Of a DNA stretch of 64,000 nucleotides, positions 37,803 through 48,442 are shown piece after piece. Position 1 is the first letter of the stretch. Each line of letters begins with the position of its first letter. The stretch is from Deltaproteobacteria bacterium (lineage in GTDB: Bacteria > Myxococcota_A > Polyangia > Polyangiales > Houyiibacteriaceae). Below the pieces are notes generated by a model. It did not search any database and was not told the origin of the DNA. It saw only the letters and a program-made list of their open reading frames with translations. The position numbers were made by a program, and so were the translations under genes. The DNA lies in contig JAXMNT010000039.1 of the NCBI GenBank assembly GCA_034670305.1, forward strand, positions 13,465 through 77,464, given 5' to 3'.

Positions 37803-39251
37803 ATGGGTGTTTGGGCTTGGTGCGGGTGTGCGGTCGCGGTGGCGCTCGGTGGGTGTGGGTCGGAGGCGCGGGTTCAACCGGCGACCGAAACGGCACCTCC
37901 TCCGCAGGAGCCGGCGCGGCCAGTTGCAGCATCCTCGCCGGAGCTTCCGGCGGTGCCGAGTCCGGCGGCGATCGCGACGGGGGTGCCGCCGAGCCATCTC
38001 AATCCTTGGGCGGCGGCGCCGGATCTCGATGCGCCGGTGGTGGTGGGGATCGAGGGGGGGCCGCTGGTGTTCTTCTCGAACGCTGCGCCGGCTGAGATCC
38101 GGTTGCTGGATGCGGTGGGCGGGGCGCCGCGGCGGTATCCGAACACGCTGGGCGAGGTGCGGGTGGCGGCGGCGACGGACGACGGCGGCGTGGTGGTCGT
38201 GTCGGTGGACGACGAGGTTCGGCTGCTTCGGCTGTCGCCGGATGCGGCGCCTTCGGTGGTTTGGTCGGTGGCGTTTTTGGAACGGGTCTCGTTCGTCCGC
38301 ACGGTGGGCCACTCGGTTTGGGTGATGGCGCAGGGCCGGGTGACGAGCCTGGATGTAGCTACGGGCGAGCGCCGCTGGCAGGCGGCGGGCATCGATGCGC
38401 GGGGCGGGTTCGGTGTGGTGTACCTGACGCGCGAGGAAGCGCTGGCGGAGGGGGCGGACGAGCCGGCCGACGCGATGGGCGTCGAGACGGTCGCGGTGGA
38501 GGAGGCGACGGGGGTGGAACGCTTTCGGGTGCCGGGCGCGGCACGGCTGGCGTTTCCGGGCGGGGTGGTGGTGTCGTCGCGCCGCTCGGGCCAGGTGGTG
38601 GGGGACGATGGTCGGGTGATGCGGGGGCTCTCGGAGCATCCGGGCAACGGCTTCGTCGACGGCGACGAGGTGCTGCTCTCGCTCTCTGCGGAGGGGGAGG
38701 TCGGCACGTTGAAGTCGTTCGATGCGGCGACGTTCGAGCCGCGGTGGTCGACCGAGATCTTCGGGTACCCGAACTTGGTCTACGCGGCCGAGGATGCGGT
38801 GTACGTGTACGTGCTCGAGCGGGGGGCGCTGCTGGTGTTCGATCGGTCGGGGACTTCGCTCGGGCTCGACGAGCTGCTCGCGCCGAACGAGATGGTGGCG
38901 GCGTGGTCGCCGGCCGATCGCGCGCCGGTGTTCGTGGCGAAGGACAGCGCGTTCGCGCGACAGGCGTCGCCGGCGGTCCGGTTCCAGGTGCAGGTGTCCG
39001 GGGTGGCGCGCGACGCGGCGGGGCGGCCGCTGGCGGGCAGGTACTTGTGGTTGGGCAGCCAGGGGACCCAGACCGACCGGCGGGGGCGGTACACGATCTC
39101 GGGGCAGGTGCGGGACCGGCTGCAGCTGATTCCGATGGCGACGCCGCGGCTCGCTGCGGACTGGTTTCAAGTCGAGGTGTCGGAGCCGGTCGAGCTCGAG
39201 CACGATTTCGTGTTCGGCGAGCCCATCATCGGCGGCATGACCGGGATTTGA
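37803..39251 (+). CDS. PQQ-like beta-propeller lipoprotein
   Basis: Lipobox ALGGC; Pro-rich linker; LDVATGERRW and FDAATFEPRW blade motifs; C-terminal carboxypeptidase-regulatory-like segment (SGVARDAAGRPLAG). Confidence 0.65.
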   Translation: MGVWAWCGCAVAVALGGCGSEARVQPATETAPPPQEPARPVAASSPELPAVPSPAAIATGVPPSHLNPWAAAPDLDAPVVVGIEGGPLVFFSNAAPAEIRLLDAVGGAPRRYPNTLGEVRVAAATDDGGVVVVSVDDEVRLLRLSPDAAPSVVWSVAFLERVSFVRTVGHSVWVMAQGRVTSLDVATGERRWQAAGIDARGGFGVVYLTREEALAEGADEPADAMGVETVAVEEATGVERFRVPGAARLAFPGGVVVSSRRSGQVVGDDGRVMRGLSEHPGNGFVDGDEVLLSLSAEGEVGTLKSFDAATFEPRWSTEIFGYPNLVYAAEDAVYVYVLERGALLVFDRSGTSLGLDELLAPNEMVAAWSPADRAPVFVAKDSAFARQASPAVRFQVQVSGVARDAAGRPLAGRYLWLGSQGTQTDRRGRYTISGQVRDRLQLIPMATPRLAADWFQVEVSEPVELEHDFVFGEPIIGGMTGI

Positions 39252-39318
39252 GCTCGGGCTGAGATCGCCGGCCGAGGGCTGGGTTACGGAATGAATCGCC
39301 ATTCAGTAGACTCCGCCC

Positions 39319-41253
39319 ATGCGGTACTTCGTGACGGGTGGGACAGGGTTGATTGGGCGGCATCTGGTGCCGCGGCTGGCAGCGCGCGGACCGGTGACGG
39401 TGCTGGTGCGGGACCCGGCGCGGCACGAGGCGTTGCTCGAGTCGTGGGCGGGGCTCGACGTGACGGTGGTCGTTGGCGATGTCACGGCGCCTTCGCTCGG
39501 GCTCGCGGATCTGAGCGTGCTCGAGGTGGACCATGTGGTGCACGCGGCGGCGCTCTACGATCTGGATGCGTCCGCCGAAGCGCTCGAGGAAGTGAATGTC
39601 GGCGGGACGCGCGCGTTGCTCGCGCTGCTCGAGGCGCAGAAGTTCGGCGGCACGTTTCATCACCTGAGCTCCATCGCGGTGGCCGGTACGTTCAAAGGCA
39701 CGTTCACCGAAACGATGCTCGACGCGAAGCAGACGTTGCCGCATCCGTACCACCGGTCGAAGTTCGATTCGGAGAAGCTCGTGCGCGCGACGACGGCGTT
39801 CGAGGTGCGCATCTACCGGCCGGGCGCGGTGGTGGGTCACTCGGTGACGGGCGAGACGATCCGCGCGGACGGTCCGTACTTCTTGTTCAAGACGATGCAG
39901 CGGCTCGGCCGCAACCTGCCGCGCTGGATGCCGCTGCTCGGACCGAAGGGGGCGCCGCTTCAGATGGTGCCGGTCGACTTCGTGGCGGACTGCATCGATC
40001 ACGTCGCGCATGTGCCGGATCTCGGCGGCCAGACGTTTCATGTGGTGGACCCGAAGCCGCTCTCGTTTCGGCGCACGTTCAACCTGCTCGCCGAGGTCAC
40101 GGGCGGGCCGAAGCTCGGGCGCAACTGGCTGCGTCCGCTCTGGGCGATGTCGCCGGCGAAACAGATGTTCGGGCAGCTCGGCGCGGTGCGCGCGTTTCGC
40201 GATTGGATGTACGAAGACGCGGGGGTGCCGCCGGTGGTGGCGGACTTGCTCAACGCGGAGGTCCGCTACGACACGACGAACGTGGCGGCGGCGCTCGAAG
40301 GCAGCGGCATCGAGTGTCCGCCGCAGGCGGCGTACATCGAGCACCTGTACGACTACTGGCGCAAACATCTGGATCCGCACCGGGACGAAGAAGGGCGGCG
40401 CACGCGCGCGCTCGCCGGCAAGGTCGTGCTGATCACGGGCGCGTCGAGCGGCATCGGGGAAGCGCTCGCGCACACGCTCGCGGGGTACGGCGCGAAGGTG
40501 ATGTTGGTGGCGCGGCGGGAAGAAGAGCTCGCGCGGGTGGTGGCGGCGATCGAAGGGAAGGGCGGCGAGGCCGGGTTCGCGGCGGCGGACCTGACGGACT
40601 TCGACGCGTGCGACGCCGCGGTGGCGGAGACGCTCCGGAAGTTCGGCCGGGTGGATGTGCTCGTGAACAACGCGGGGCATTCGATCCGGCGGCCGCTCGC
40701 GGAGTCGCTCGAGCGCTTTCACGATCTCGAGCGGGTGATGTCGATCAACTACTTCGGTCCGGCGCGGTTGATGCGCGCGGTGCTGCCTTCGATGCGGGCG
40801 CAGCGGTCGGGCTGCGTGGTCAACGTGCTCTCGGCGGGCGCCAACATTCCGTCGCCGTGGTTCGGTGCGTACACGGCGAGCAAGGCGGCGCTCGGGCAGC
40901 TCGGCAACACGCTCGCGGCGGAGCATGCGCACGAGGGCATCCATGTCGCGAACGTGTTCCTGCCGTGGGTGCGCACGCCGATGATGGACGCGACCGGCGC
41001 TTACGAGGAGACCGACGCGATGACGCCCGAGGCGGCCTGCGACTGGATCCTGGAGGGCATCGTCGACAAGAAGCGGCTGGTCTTCGACGCGGAGATCCAG
41101 CGGCGGTTCGTGCTGGGGGTGGTGGCGCCGGCGTTCATGGTGCGGATCACGAACGTGCTCAGCCGGATCTACGCCGACGACCCGAAGCAGCACCCGGAGC
41201 TCGATTTCGACCGGGCCATCCTGAAGAAGTTCGTCAAAGGCCGGATCATGTGA
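39319..41253 (+). CDS. Two-domain SDR, fatty acyl-CoA reductase-like
   Basis: N-domain TGGTGLIG, HAAALYD, PYHRSK; C-domain ITGASSGIG, NNAGHSIRR, AYTASK, VRTPM. Confidence 0.85.
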   Translation: MRYFVTGGTGLIGRHLVPRLAARGPVTVLVRDPARHEALLESWAGLDVTVVVGDVTAPSLGLADLSVLEVDHVVHAAALYDLDASAEALEEVNVGGTRALLALLEAQKFGGTFHHLSSIAVAGTFKGTFTETMLDAKQTLPHPYHRSKFDSEKLVRATTAFEVRIYRPGAVVGHSVTGETIRADGPYFLFKTMQRLGRNLPRWMPLLGPKGAPLQMVPVDFVADCIDHVAHVPDLGGQTFHVVDPKPLSFRRTFNLLAEVTGGPKLGRNWLRPLWAMSPAKQMFGQLGAVRAFRDWMYEDAGVPPVVADLLNAEVRYDTTNVAAALEGSGIECPPQAAYIEHLYDYWRKHLDPHRDEEGRRTRALAGKVVLITGASSGIGEALAHTLAGYGAKVMLVARREEELARVVAAIEGKGGEAGFAAADLTDFDACDAAVAETLRKFGRVDVLVNNAGHSIRRPLAESLERFHDLERVMSINYFGPARLMRAVLPSMRAQRSGCVVNVLSAGANIPSPWFGAYTASKAALGQLGNTLAAEHAHEGIHVANVFLPWVRTPMMDATGAYEETDAMTPEAACDWILEGIVDKKRLVFDAEIQRRFVLGVVAPAFMVRITNVLSRIYADDPKQHPELDFDRAILKKFVKGRIM

Positions 41254-41383
41254 GCAGTGCCCCGCAAGGCTGCGGGCCTGTGGGGAATCGCAGGGGGGTG
41301 CGTGGGTGGATCTCGGTGCGCGTGGTAGCGTCCGCGATTCGCGTGGGGCGCTGCGAGCGTCGCAGCCTGCGCTGGGAGTGAAG

Positions 41384-42292
41384 ATGGAATCGGTCGTAGA
41401 CGAACTGAGCGTGGGCGAGACGGACGAGGGTGCCCGCACGAAAAGCGCGCGGCGTCCCTGGTGGCAGTCTCAACCCTCCACCGCGTTCGCGCGCGACCCG
41501 TACTTCTACTTCAAGTACGACTTCGTCTGGCTGTGCCTGTTCTCCGCGGTCGTGGTGGCCGCGCACATGACCGGCTGGACCGGGCTCGGGCTCACCTGGA
41601 CTTCGCTCTGGGCCATCCCGGCGCTCCTCGTCGGCTGCTACGTCCAGGTGCTCGCGGGCGTGTGCGTGCACAACTGCACCCACGGCAACTTTCCGCGCCC
41701 CATCAACCGACTGGTCGGTGAGACGCTCGGGGTGATCATCGGCACGCGCTACGCCTCGTGGGAGATCCTCCACAAGCGCCACCACGCGTTCACGGACGAC
41801 GTCGAGAAGGACCCGCATCCGCTCGAGCGCAGCTTCTGGAGCTTCTTCATCCGGAAGATGATCATGGGCCTCGAGACGAGCATTCGGAACCAGTCCTTCG
41901 AGCGCTTCGGCGAGACGCCGCGCATGGTGAAGCTCGACAAGATGCGCACGGTGTTCTCGTTCTTGGTCGGCATGGTGATGCTGGCGTTCTGGCAAGCAGC
42001 GCTCGGCACGGTGGGCTTCTTCTACGCGTTCTTGCCCTCGCTCGTGGTCGGCGCGATCCACGTGAGCCACTTCAACTGGGCGACGCACCGCGGCTGGGCC
42101 GACGACGGCGACTTCCACCCGGTGAACCTGAACCACGGCCTCTACAAGCTCGGGAACTTCCTGTGCTTCGGCCTCTACTTCCACGCGAACCACCACGCGT
42201 TCCCGACCTACTTCGATCCCGGCAAACTCCCGCCCGAGAAGGTCGCCCGCGTGGAACAGCGCCTCGCGGCGATGGCGCCGAAGACCGCCTAG
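41384..42292 (+). CDS. Membrane fatty acid desaturase family protein
   Basis: His boxes HNCTH, HKRHH, HANHH; several TM segments. Confidence 0.85.
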   Translation: MESVVDELSVGETDEGARTKSARRPWWQSQPSTAFARDPYFYFKYDFVWLCLFSAVVVAAHMTGWTGLGLTWTSLWAIPALLVGCYVQVLAGVCVHNCTHGNFPRPINRLVGETLGVIIGTRYASWEILHKRHHAFTDDVEKDPHPLERSFWSFFIRKMIMGLETSIRNQSFERFGETPRMVKLDKMRTVFSFLVGMVMLAFWQAALGTVGFFYAFLPSLVVGAIHVSHFNWATHRGWADDGDFHPVNLNHGLYKLGNFLCFGLYFHANHHAFPTYFDPGKLPPEKVARVEQRLAAMAPKTA

Positions 42293-42440
42293 CAGCTCGA
42301 AGAAGTCACCGAATCTCGGCGCGGACCATCGAGGGGTCGTCGATCTGCCAGCGCAAGAGCAACCAACGGACCGGGCGGGGGCGCACCGCGGCAGGGTAGC
42401 GTGGGACCACATCTTGCAGAACCGTGGGTCGAATGGGTGA

Positions 42441-43731
42441 CATGCGACGTGTGGACGTGCGGAAGTTGACGGTGGTCTATCCCGCCGTCGTGGTTCTGGT
42501 TCTCTTGGCTGGCTGCTATCGGAGTCACGGCATCGAGGGCGGGCCCGTCGATGCGTCTGCGGACGCGCCGGTCCGCATCGATGCGCCCGGCACCGACGTG
42601 GGGCCAGACGCGCCGCGGCTCGACGCGGGCCCGGACGCGATGGTGTTCGTGCCGCCGCGCACCCCGCGCACCGAGCGCTGCGACCTCGCGCGGCCGCCGA
42701 CCTACGCGGGCGAGGCGCCCGTGGTCTGTGAGCGGCGCGGGGGCGACGCGGACCGCGACGGGTTTCCGGACGAGGTCGATTGCAACGACTGCAGCCCCCA
42801 GGTGAACCCGGGCGCGTACGACTTTCCGGACAACGGCGTCGACGAAGACTGCGACGGGCGCATCGACGAGCGCGCGTGTCTGGAGACGTTGACGCCCACC
42901 GGCCCGACCGGCGCGGAGACGCTCTTGGAAGGCATGGGGCTGTGTCCGGCGCTCGGATCGGGGCCGGGGGTGATGGCGTCTTCGTTGACCTTGGCCAACG
43001 GCAGCGGCGAACCCGACCCCATCCAAGCGGCGGTGCTCGGCGAGCTCGGCTCGATCACACCGCAGCGTGGCAGCCGGATGGCGTCGCTCTCGAACGGGGT
43101 GGCGACGGAGACGAGCCGGCTCGGCGACCGGTGTTTCGAGGGGACGATGACGACGCGCAGCGAGATTCCGAGCGGGGTGTCGATCGACGCGCCGCGCTGC
43201 CCGGGCATCACGCCGGACAGCATCGCGGTGGACTCGGTCAGCCTCGAGGTGACGCTCCGGGTGCCGACGAACGCGGCGGGGTTCCGCATCGGTTCGAACT
43301 TCTTCACGCGCGAGTACCCGGCGTTCATCTGCAGCCCGTTCAACGACGTGTTCGTCATGCTCCGGCAGCAAGAGGACGGCCGCTGGGAGAACCTCGCGTT
43401 CGACGACGAGGGCAACCCCATCAGCGTCAACAACGGGCTCTTCGAGATGTGCAGCCCAGGCACGTACGGCGGGCGCCGGTTCGATTGTCCGCGCGGGGTG
43501 CGCTCGTTGCTCGGCACCGGGTTCGAACTCAACTGCGACTCGTTCGTCGGCGCGGCGCGCGATCAGCCGGGCGGCGCGACGGACTGGTTGTGCACGGACG
43601 TTGCGACCGAGGCAGGGCAGGAGCTCACGCTGCGGTTCATCGTCTGGGACTCAGGGGACCACGTGCTCTCGTCGCTGGTGCTGCTCGACGGGTTCGCGTG
43701 GCTGCCGGCGGAGTTCGAGTCGACGCCCTGA
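42441..43731 (+). CDS. Lipoprotein with metal-binding (MopE-like) repeat and choice-of-anchor L-like domain
   Basis: Lipobox LLAGC; DCNDCSPQVNPGAYDFPDNGVDEDCDG; EYPAFICSPFNDVF; WDSGD..LSSLVLLD. Start uncertain (42424-42456). Confidence 0.7.
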
Positions 43732-43807
43732 CCGTGCCGCCCTGACCGTGCCGCCCTGACCGTGCCGCCCTGACCGTGCCGCCCTGACCGTGCCGCCCTG
43801 ACCGTGC
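43724..43807 (+). repeat. 14-bp tandem repeat, six perfect copies
   Basis: (cgccctgaccgtgc)x6; first copy contains the upstream gene's TGA. Confidence 0.95.
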
Positions 43808-44037
43808 CAACCGTGCTCCGGAGGCGCGACTTGGGGCCAGTCGAGCGAAGCGAGGTAGGCCCGTGGTGACCATGAGAAACGGGCACCCACTGGTGTGGAT
43901 GCCCGCGCAGGACGCAAGTCCGGTTGGTGGTGTACTCGTGTCCCGCGCGCAGGGTCCGAAGACCCTACGTTCCAGAACCCTCTTGCCGGTGGCCAGAGAC
44001 CTGACCAGCCGACGCGAGACTCAGGCCGACTCGAGAC

Positions 44038-44349
44038 TCAGCGGGTGCGGACCTGGACGGTCGCGCTGCCGCCGCGACGACGCGTGGTGCGGGTCGTGGT
44101 GGTGGTGCGGCGCCGGTTGTTGCGACGGTTCGAGGTCCGGACCGTCGTGCGACGTGCCGGGCGTACCGTCGTGGTGCGAACGACCGCGCGCCGAGGGCGG
44201 GTCTGAACCCGGACGGTGCGTCGACGTGCCGGTTGGACGCGGACGTTGGTCGTGCGGACGGTGGCGCGGCCGGGCCGTGCCTGAACGTAGCAACCGCTGC
44301 CGAGAACGAGGGACGCGCAGAGCGTGACGAGGATGGAAAGGTTCTTCAT
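44038..44349 (-). CDS. Small Arg/Thr/Val-rich lipoprotein
   Basis: MKNLSILVTLCASLVLGSGC signal and lipobox; repeated xPxRxTVRT units. Confidence 0.6.
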   Translation of the reverse strand: MKNLSILVTLCASLVLGSGCYVQARPGRATVRTTNVRVQPARRRTVRVQTRPRRAVVRTTTVRPARRTTVRTSNRRNNRRRTTTTTRTTRRRGGSATVQVRTR

Positions 44350-44589
44350 AGGTCGCAACGATAACAAGCCCGGGCGTTCGCATCAAATCCATGAATTCCC
44401 CTGTGGCGTAGGGAGAAAGTGGATTTGAATAAACTCGGGGGGATCCACGTCGCCGGCCGCTCGGGCCAGAAAGATGCAGAGTCAATGGAGGCCCGTTCGG
44501 CGCGAACTGTGTCTTGCGTCTGCCTCGATATTCGACGCGGCGAAGCCGAGCGAAGCGAGCAAGCCGTGTCACCGGGACGGGTTTGGTCG

Positions 44590-44702
44590 TCGCGATGCTC
44601 GTCGCGCTCTGACCGCTGATCCGCGGGCAAGGGCAAAGGCAAGGGCAGGGGCAAGGGGCAGGCTGCGAGAACGCCCTGCGGGCGTTCTTCAGCAGCCTGC
44701 TA
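44590..44702. repeat. Dispersed REP/MITE-like element, copy 1
   Basis: Reverse complement of 63877-64000 apart from one mismatch and an 11-bp indel; contains (GGGCAA)n and hairpin 44658-44700. Confidence 0.9.
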
Positions 44703-45935
44703 CAGGCTGGCGCCGACCTGGAAGTCCCGGACGACCGCCATGTGCTGCATGCTCGGCGCGCCGCTGTCGGACTCGAGCGCGGGCGCGAGGTCTTCGATCG
44801 GGGTGAAGACGCGGGTGTCGACGACCAGCCCGCGCATGAACGACGCGGCGCCGATCTCCACCGGCACTTGGCGGGCTTGCAGCGCGGAGCTGACGAAGAG
44901 CGCGTCGAGCACGCGGCTGCGCGGTGCGTTGGTATTGCGGTTGCCGAGTTGGTCGGTTGGCAAGGTCGCGATGACGACGCGCGCACTGAGCCGGTCGAAC
45001 ACTGGGCCGCCGCCGACGTTGAAGTCCCCTCCGATCACGAGCAGATCGCCGGCGGGCACGTCGGCCTCCAGGTAGTCGATGAGATCGGCGGCTTCGCGTT
45101 CGCGTTCGGCGCCACTCGAGGTGAGCAGGTGCAGGCTGACCGCCCAGAGATCGCGGTCGCCGGGCACGTCGATGCGCGCCCACGCGAAGTCGCGGCTGTC
45201 GGTCTCGAGATCGCGCCAGGAGCCGGCGTCCAAGATCGGATAGCGGCTGACGATGCCGTTCGGAATGGTGTCGCCGCCGCCGCGGTGGGCGCGGCAGGTC
45301 TCGCCACACGCTTGGTCGGCGAAGGTCTGGAGGGCGGACGGGGAGTTGTCCCCGTACTGAAACTCTTGGATGAGCAGGATGTCTCCGTGGAGGCCTTCGA
45401 GGATGCGCAGGCCGTGGCCTGGATCGTAGGTCTGGGTGCCGCCGCTGGTGAGGTTGGCGGCGACGATGCGCACGGTGGTCTCGAGGCACTCGGGCAGCTC
45501 GATGCAGACCGGGCTCTCGCAGTCGGTGAAGCCGTCGCCGTCGTTGTCGATGCCGTCGCTGCAGCGCGGGCCGTCCGTTTCGTCGCCGCAGAAGTCGACC
45601 CGCGGGTTGTCGCTGCAATCGGAGTCGAGGCAGTCGGTCAGGCCGTCGTCGTCGTTGTCGCGTCCGTCTTGGCAGCGGGCGGGCGCGCGTTCGGTGCCGA
45701 GGCAGAAGGGGGAGTCGTCGCAGCTCGGGTCGTCGCAGCGGCCGCCGCAGAGATCCGGTGCGTCCGGCCGGTCGGGGGCGTCGATGGACTCGGCATCGAT
45801 CAGGGCGTCCCTGAGCACGCTGCCGTCGACGACGTTCGCGTCGAGTCCGCCGTCGGTCTCTGGTGCGGAGTCGTCTCCACACCCGGCCGTCAACGCGATG
45901 AAGAGAAGAAGAGAGAGACCTACGCGGGACCGCAT
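44700..45935 (-). CDS. Endonuclease/exonuclease/phosphatase (EEP) family lipoprotein with Cys-rich repeats
   Basis: Lipobox LTAGCGDD; CSDGIDNDGDGFTDC repeats; ANL, DILLIQE, GGDFN, LD motifs; terminal MQHM instead of SDH. Confidence 0.75.
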   Translation of the reverse strand: MRSRVGLSLLLFIALTAGCGDDSAPETDGGLDANVVDGSVLRDALIDAESIDAPDRPDAPDLCGGRCDDPSCDDSPFCLGTERAPARCQDGRDNDDDGLTDCLDSDCSDNPRVDFCGDETDGPRCSDGIDNDGDGFTDCESPVCIELPECLETTVRIVAANLTSGGTQTYDPGHGLRILEGLHGDILLIQEFQYGDNSPSALQTFADQACGETCRAHRGGGDTIPNGIVSRYPILDAGSWRDLETDSRDFAWARIDVPGDRDLWAVSLHLLTSSGAEREREAADLIDYLEADVPAGDLLVIGGDFNVGGGPVFDRLSARVVIATLPTDQLGNRNTNAPRSRVLDALFVSSALQARQVPVEIGAASFMRGLVVDTRVFTPIEDLAPALESDSGAPSMQHMAVVRDFQVGASL

Positions 45936-46075
45936 CGAGGCCACAGTAGCAGCATCGTCCTCCAGGCAAGCGGTCCGCCCGACCCACACTGCAGGCAGCG
46001 GGAAGCTGGCGCTCTGTCGCACGGTGTGCGGTTCTCGGAGACGATGCCGTGGTCGAGTTTGTCTATGCTCTCGGC

Positions 46076-47215
46076 ATGATGGTTCCCGGGCGGTGGTGGG
46101 TTGCGGTCGTCTTGTTGGCGTTCGCGTGTGGTGACGACGACGGTTCGGTGGATGCGGGCGGTGCGGACGCGCCTGCGGTGGACGGGTCGACCGAGGATGC
46201 GCCAGCCGCGGACGCCACCGAGCGCGTCGACGGCAGTGTCGAGGACAGCGGCGGCGGCGGGACGGATGCCGGGCGAGATGCCACCGGCGGACCGGCTCAT
46301 GAAGCGATCCTCGGTGAGCTGATCGGTTTCGGTCAGTTCACGACCGGCGGCGCCGGCGGTCCCGTCGTGGAGGTCACCACACTCGCGAACGACGGCCCGG
46401 GATCGTTGCGCGCGGCGGCGACTGCGGAGGGCCCGGCTTGGATCCGATTCTTGGTGAGCGGGACGATCGCGCTCGAGTCGGAGATCTTGGTCACGGACGA
46501 CAAGACGATCGATGGGCGCGGCGCGGACGTCACGATCACCGGTGGCGGGCTCTTCGTTCAGAACGGCGTGAGCAATGTGATCCTCACCTACCTGAAGATG
46601 CGCGACTCACCGAACGACCTGATCCGCTTCTTCAACGGCGGCGCGCGCATGTGGGTGCATCACTGCACGTTGAGCAACGGCGGCGATGGCGCGTTCGACG
46701 CAACCGAAGGCGTCACGGAGATCACCGTCTCCCACACCCACATCTTCGACCACGACAAGGCCATGCTCATCGGCGCCGGGAGCGACGACGGAGACGGCGC
46801 GTCGATGCGGTGGACGGGGCACCACAACTGGTACGAGGACGCGGTGCAGCGGCTGCCGGCCATTCGGTTCGGCCGGGCGCACTCGTTCAACAACCTCATC
46901 ATGTGGCGCAGCGGCACCGCGATGTCGGTGCGGCTCGGCGAGTCCCAGATGTTGGTGGAGAACAACATCTTCATGCCGCAGACCAACGTGGGTCACAAAC
47001 TCATCTCGATGACGGACGGCCGCGGTGCGGCGCGCATCGTCGGCAACCTCGAGCGGCCCTTGGATGGGGACGAGATCGAGTACACCGAGTTCATGCCCGA
47101 GACGGTGTTCGACCCGCGCGACACCTATGGGTACACGGCGGAGACCGCGGACGACGCGTTGATCGCGTCGGTGCGGGCGACGGCCGGTTGGCAGGACGTG
47201 CCGTTCCCGGAGTAG
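46076..47215 (+). CDS. Pectate lyase-like (PL1) lipoprotein
   Basis: GFGQFTTGGAGG; VTTLANDGPGSLR; KTIDGRG; WVHHC; HHNWY...QRLPAIRFG; lipobox AFACGDDD. Confidence 0.85.
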   Translation: MMVPGRWWVAVVLLAFACGDDDGSVDAGGADAPAVDGSTEDAPAADATERVDGSVEDSGGGGTDAGRDATGGPAHEAILGELIGFGQFTTGGAGGPVVEVTTLANDGPGSLRAAATAEGPAWIRFLVSGTIALESEILVTDDKTIDGRGADVTITGGGLFVQNGVSNVILTYLKMRDSPNDLIRFFNGGARMWVHHCTLSNGGDGAFDATEGVTEITVSHTHIFDHDKAMLIGAGSDDGDGASMRWTGHHNWYEDAVQRLPAIRFGRAHSFNNLIMWRSGTAMSVRLGESQMLVENNIFMPQTNVGHKLISMTDGRGAARIVGNLERPLDGDEIEYTEFMPETVFDPRDTYGYTAETADDALIASVRATAGWQDVPFPE

Positions 47216-47217
47216 CA

Positions 47218-47508
47218 GACGCCGACGCCGACGCGGCGGCCCGTGCCCGTGCCCGTGCCCGTGCCCGTGCCCGTAGGTTCGCCGAAGCCGAAGCCGAAGC
47301 CGATGCCGAAGCCGAAGCCGAAGCCGAAGCCGAAGCCGACGCCGAAGCCGACGCCGATGCCGAAGCCGATGCCGATGCCGAAGCCGATGCCGATGCCGAG
47401 GTCGAAGCCGACGCCAAGGCCGACCGAAGCCGACGGCGAAGCCGAAGCCGGAGCCGAAGCCGACGCCGAGGCCGACCGAAGCCGACGGCGAAGCCGAAGC
47501 CGAGCCGA
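47218..47508. repeat. Hexamer array: (GCCCGT)n then (GCCGAN)n
   Basis: Direct reading of the intergenic sequence. Confidence 0.9.
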
Positions 47509-47540
47509 TTGCCGGTGGGGGGCGCAAGTTGCGGTAGGCT

Positions 47541-48164
47541 GTGGCGGTGGCGCGACCCACCAACGCCGATTCTGCCCAGACGTACGACCAGATCGTGCGG
47601 GCGGTGCTCGAGGTTCTGGAGGAGACCGGGATCCACAAACTCTCGGTGCGGGCGGTCGCGGCGCGTGCCGGCGTGAGCACGGGCACGGTGCAGTACTACT
47701 TCGTCAGCAAGGACGAGCTGCTCGAGGCGTGTCTCGACGAGTACTACGAGCGGCTCTCGGAAGAAGGGCGGCAGCTCCTGGCGCTGGTGCCGACGGACGG
47801 GCGAGACATCATCGAGATGGGGGCGCGGCGACTCTTTCGATTCGCGGTGCGGGAACGGCGGTTGGTCGAACTTCGTTTGGCGATGAACAGCAGCCAGGGG
47901 CAGCTCCATCCCCGCCGGCAGCCGGAGTTCATGGGCACCCTGATTCGAAGCGTCGCGAAGGCGCTCGCGCCCCACGTCGAAGTGAGCGAAGGCGACACGC
48001 GCCTGGCGGTGCAGGCGATGGCGTTCATGGTCGTGCGCTTCGCGCTGCTGACGGACTCCGAGATGATGGAGCTCTGCGACGCGGAGGGGGAAGAGGGCCG
48101 CAAGGTGGTGGAAGACTTCGTCGTGCGGTCCGCCCGGCGTTTGATCCGCCCGTCGGACGGGTGA
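47541..48164 (+). CDS. TetR/AcrR family transcriptional regulator
   Basis: [31 protein letters not shown]. Confidence 0.9.
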   Translation: MAVARPTNADSAQTYDQIVRAVLEVLEETGIHKLSVRAVAARAGVSTGTVQYYFVSKDELLEACLDEYYERLSEEGRQLLALVPTDGRDIIEMGARRLFRFAVRERRLVELRLAMNSSQGQLHPRRQPEFMGTLIRSVAKALAPHVEVSEGDTRLAVQAMAFMVVRFALLTDSEMMELCDAEGEEGRKVVEDFVVRSARRLIRPSDG

Positions 48165-48197
48165 GGGCGGACTGAAGGGGGACGGCACGCCACCGAA

Positions 48198-48432
<235 letters not shown>

Positions 48433-48442
48433 TTCCGCTGGG

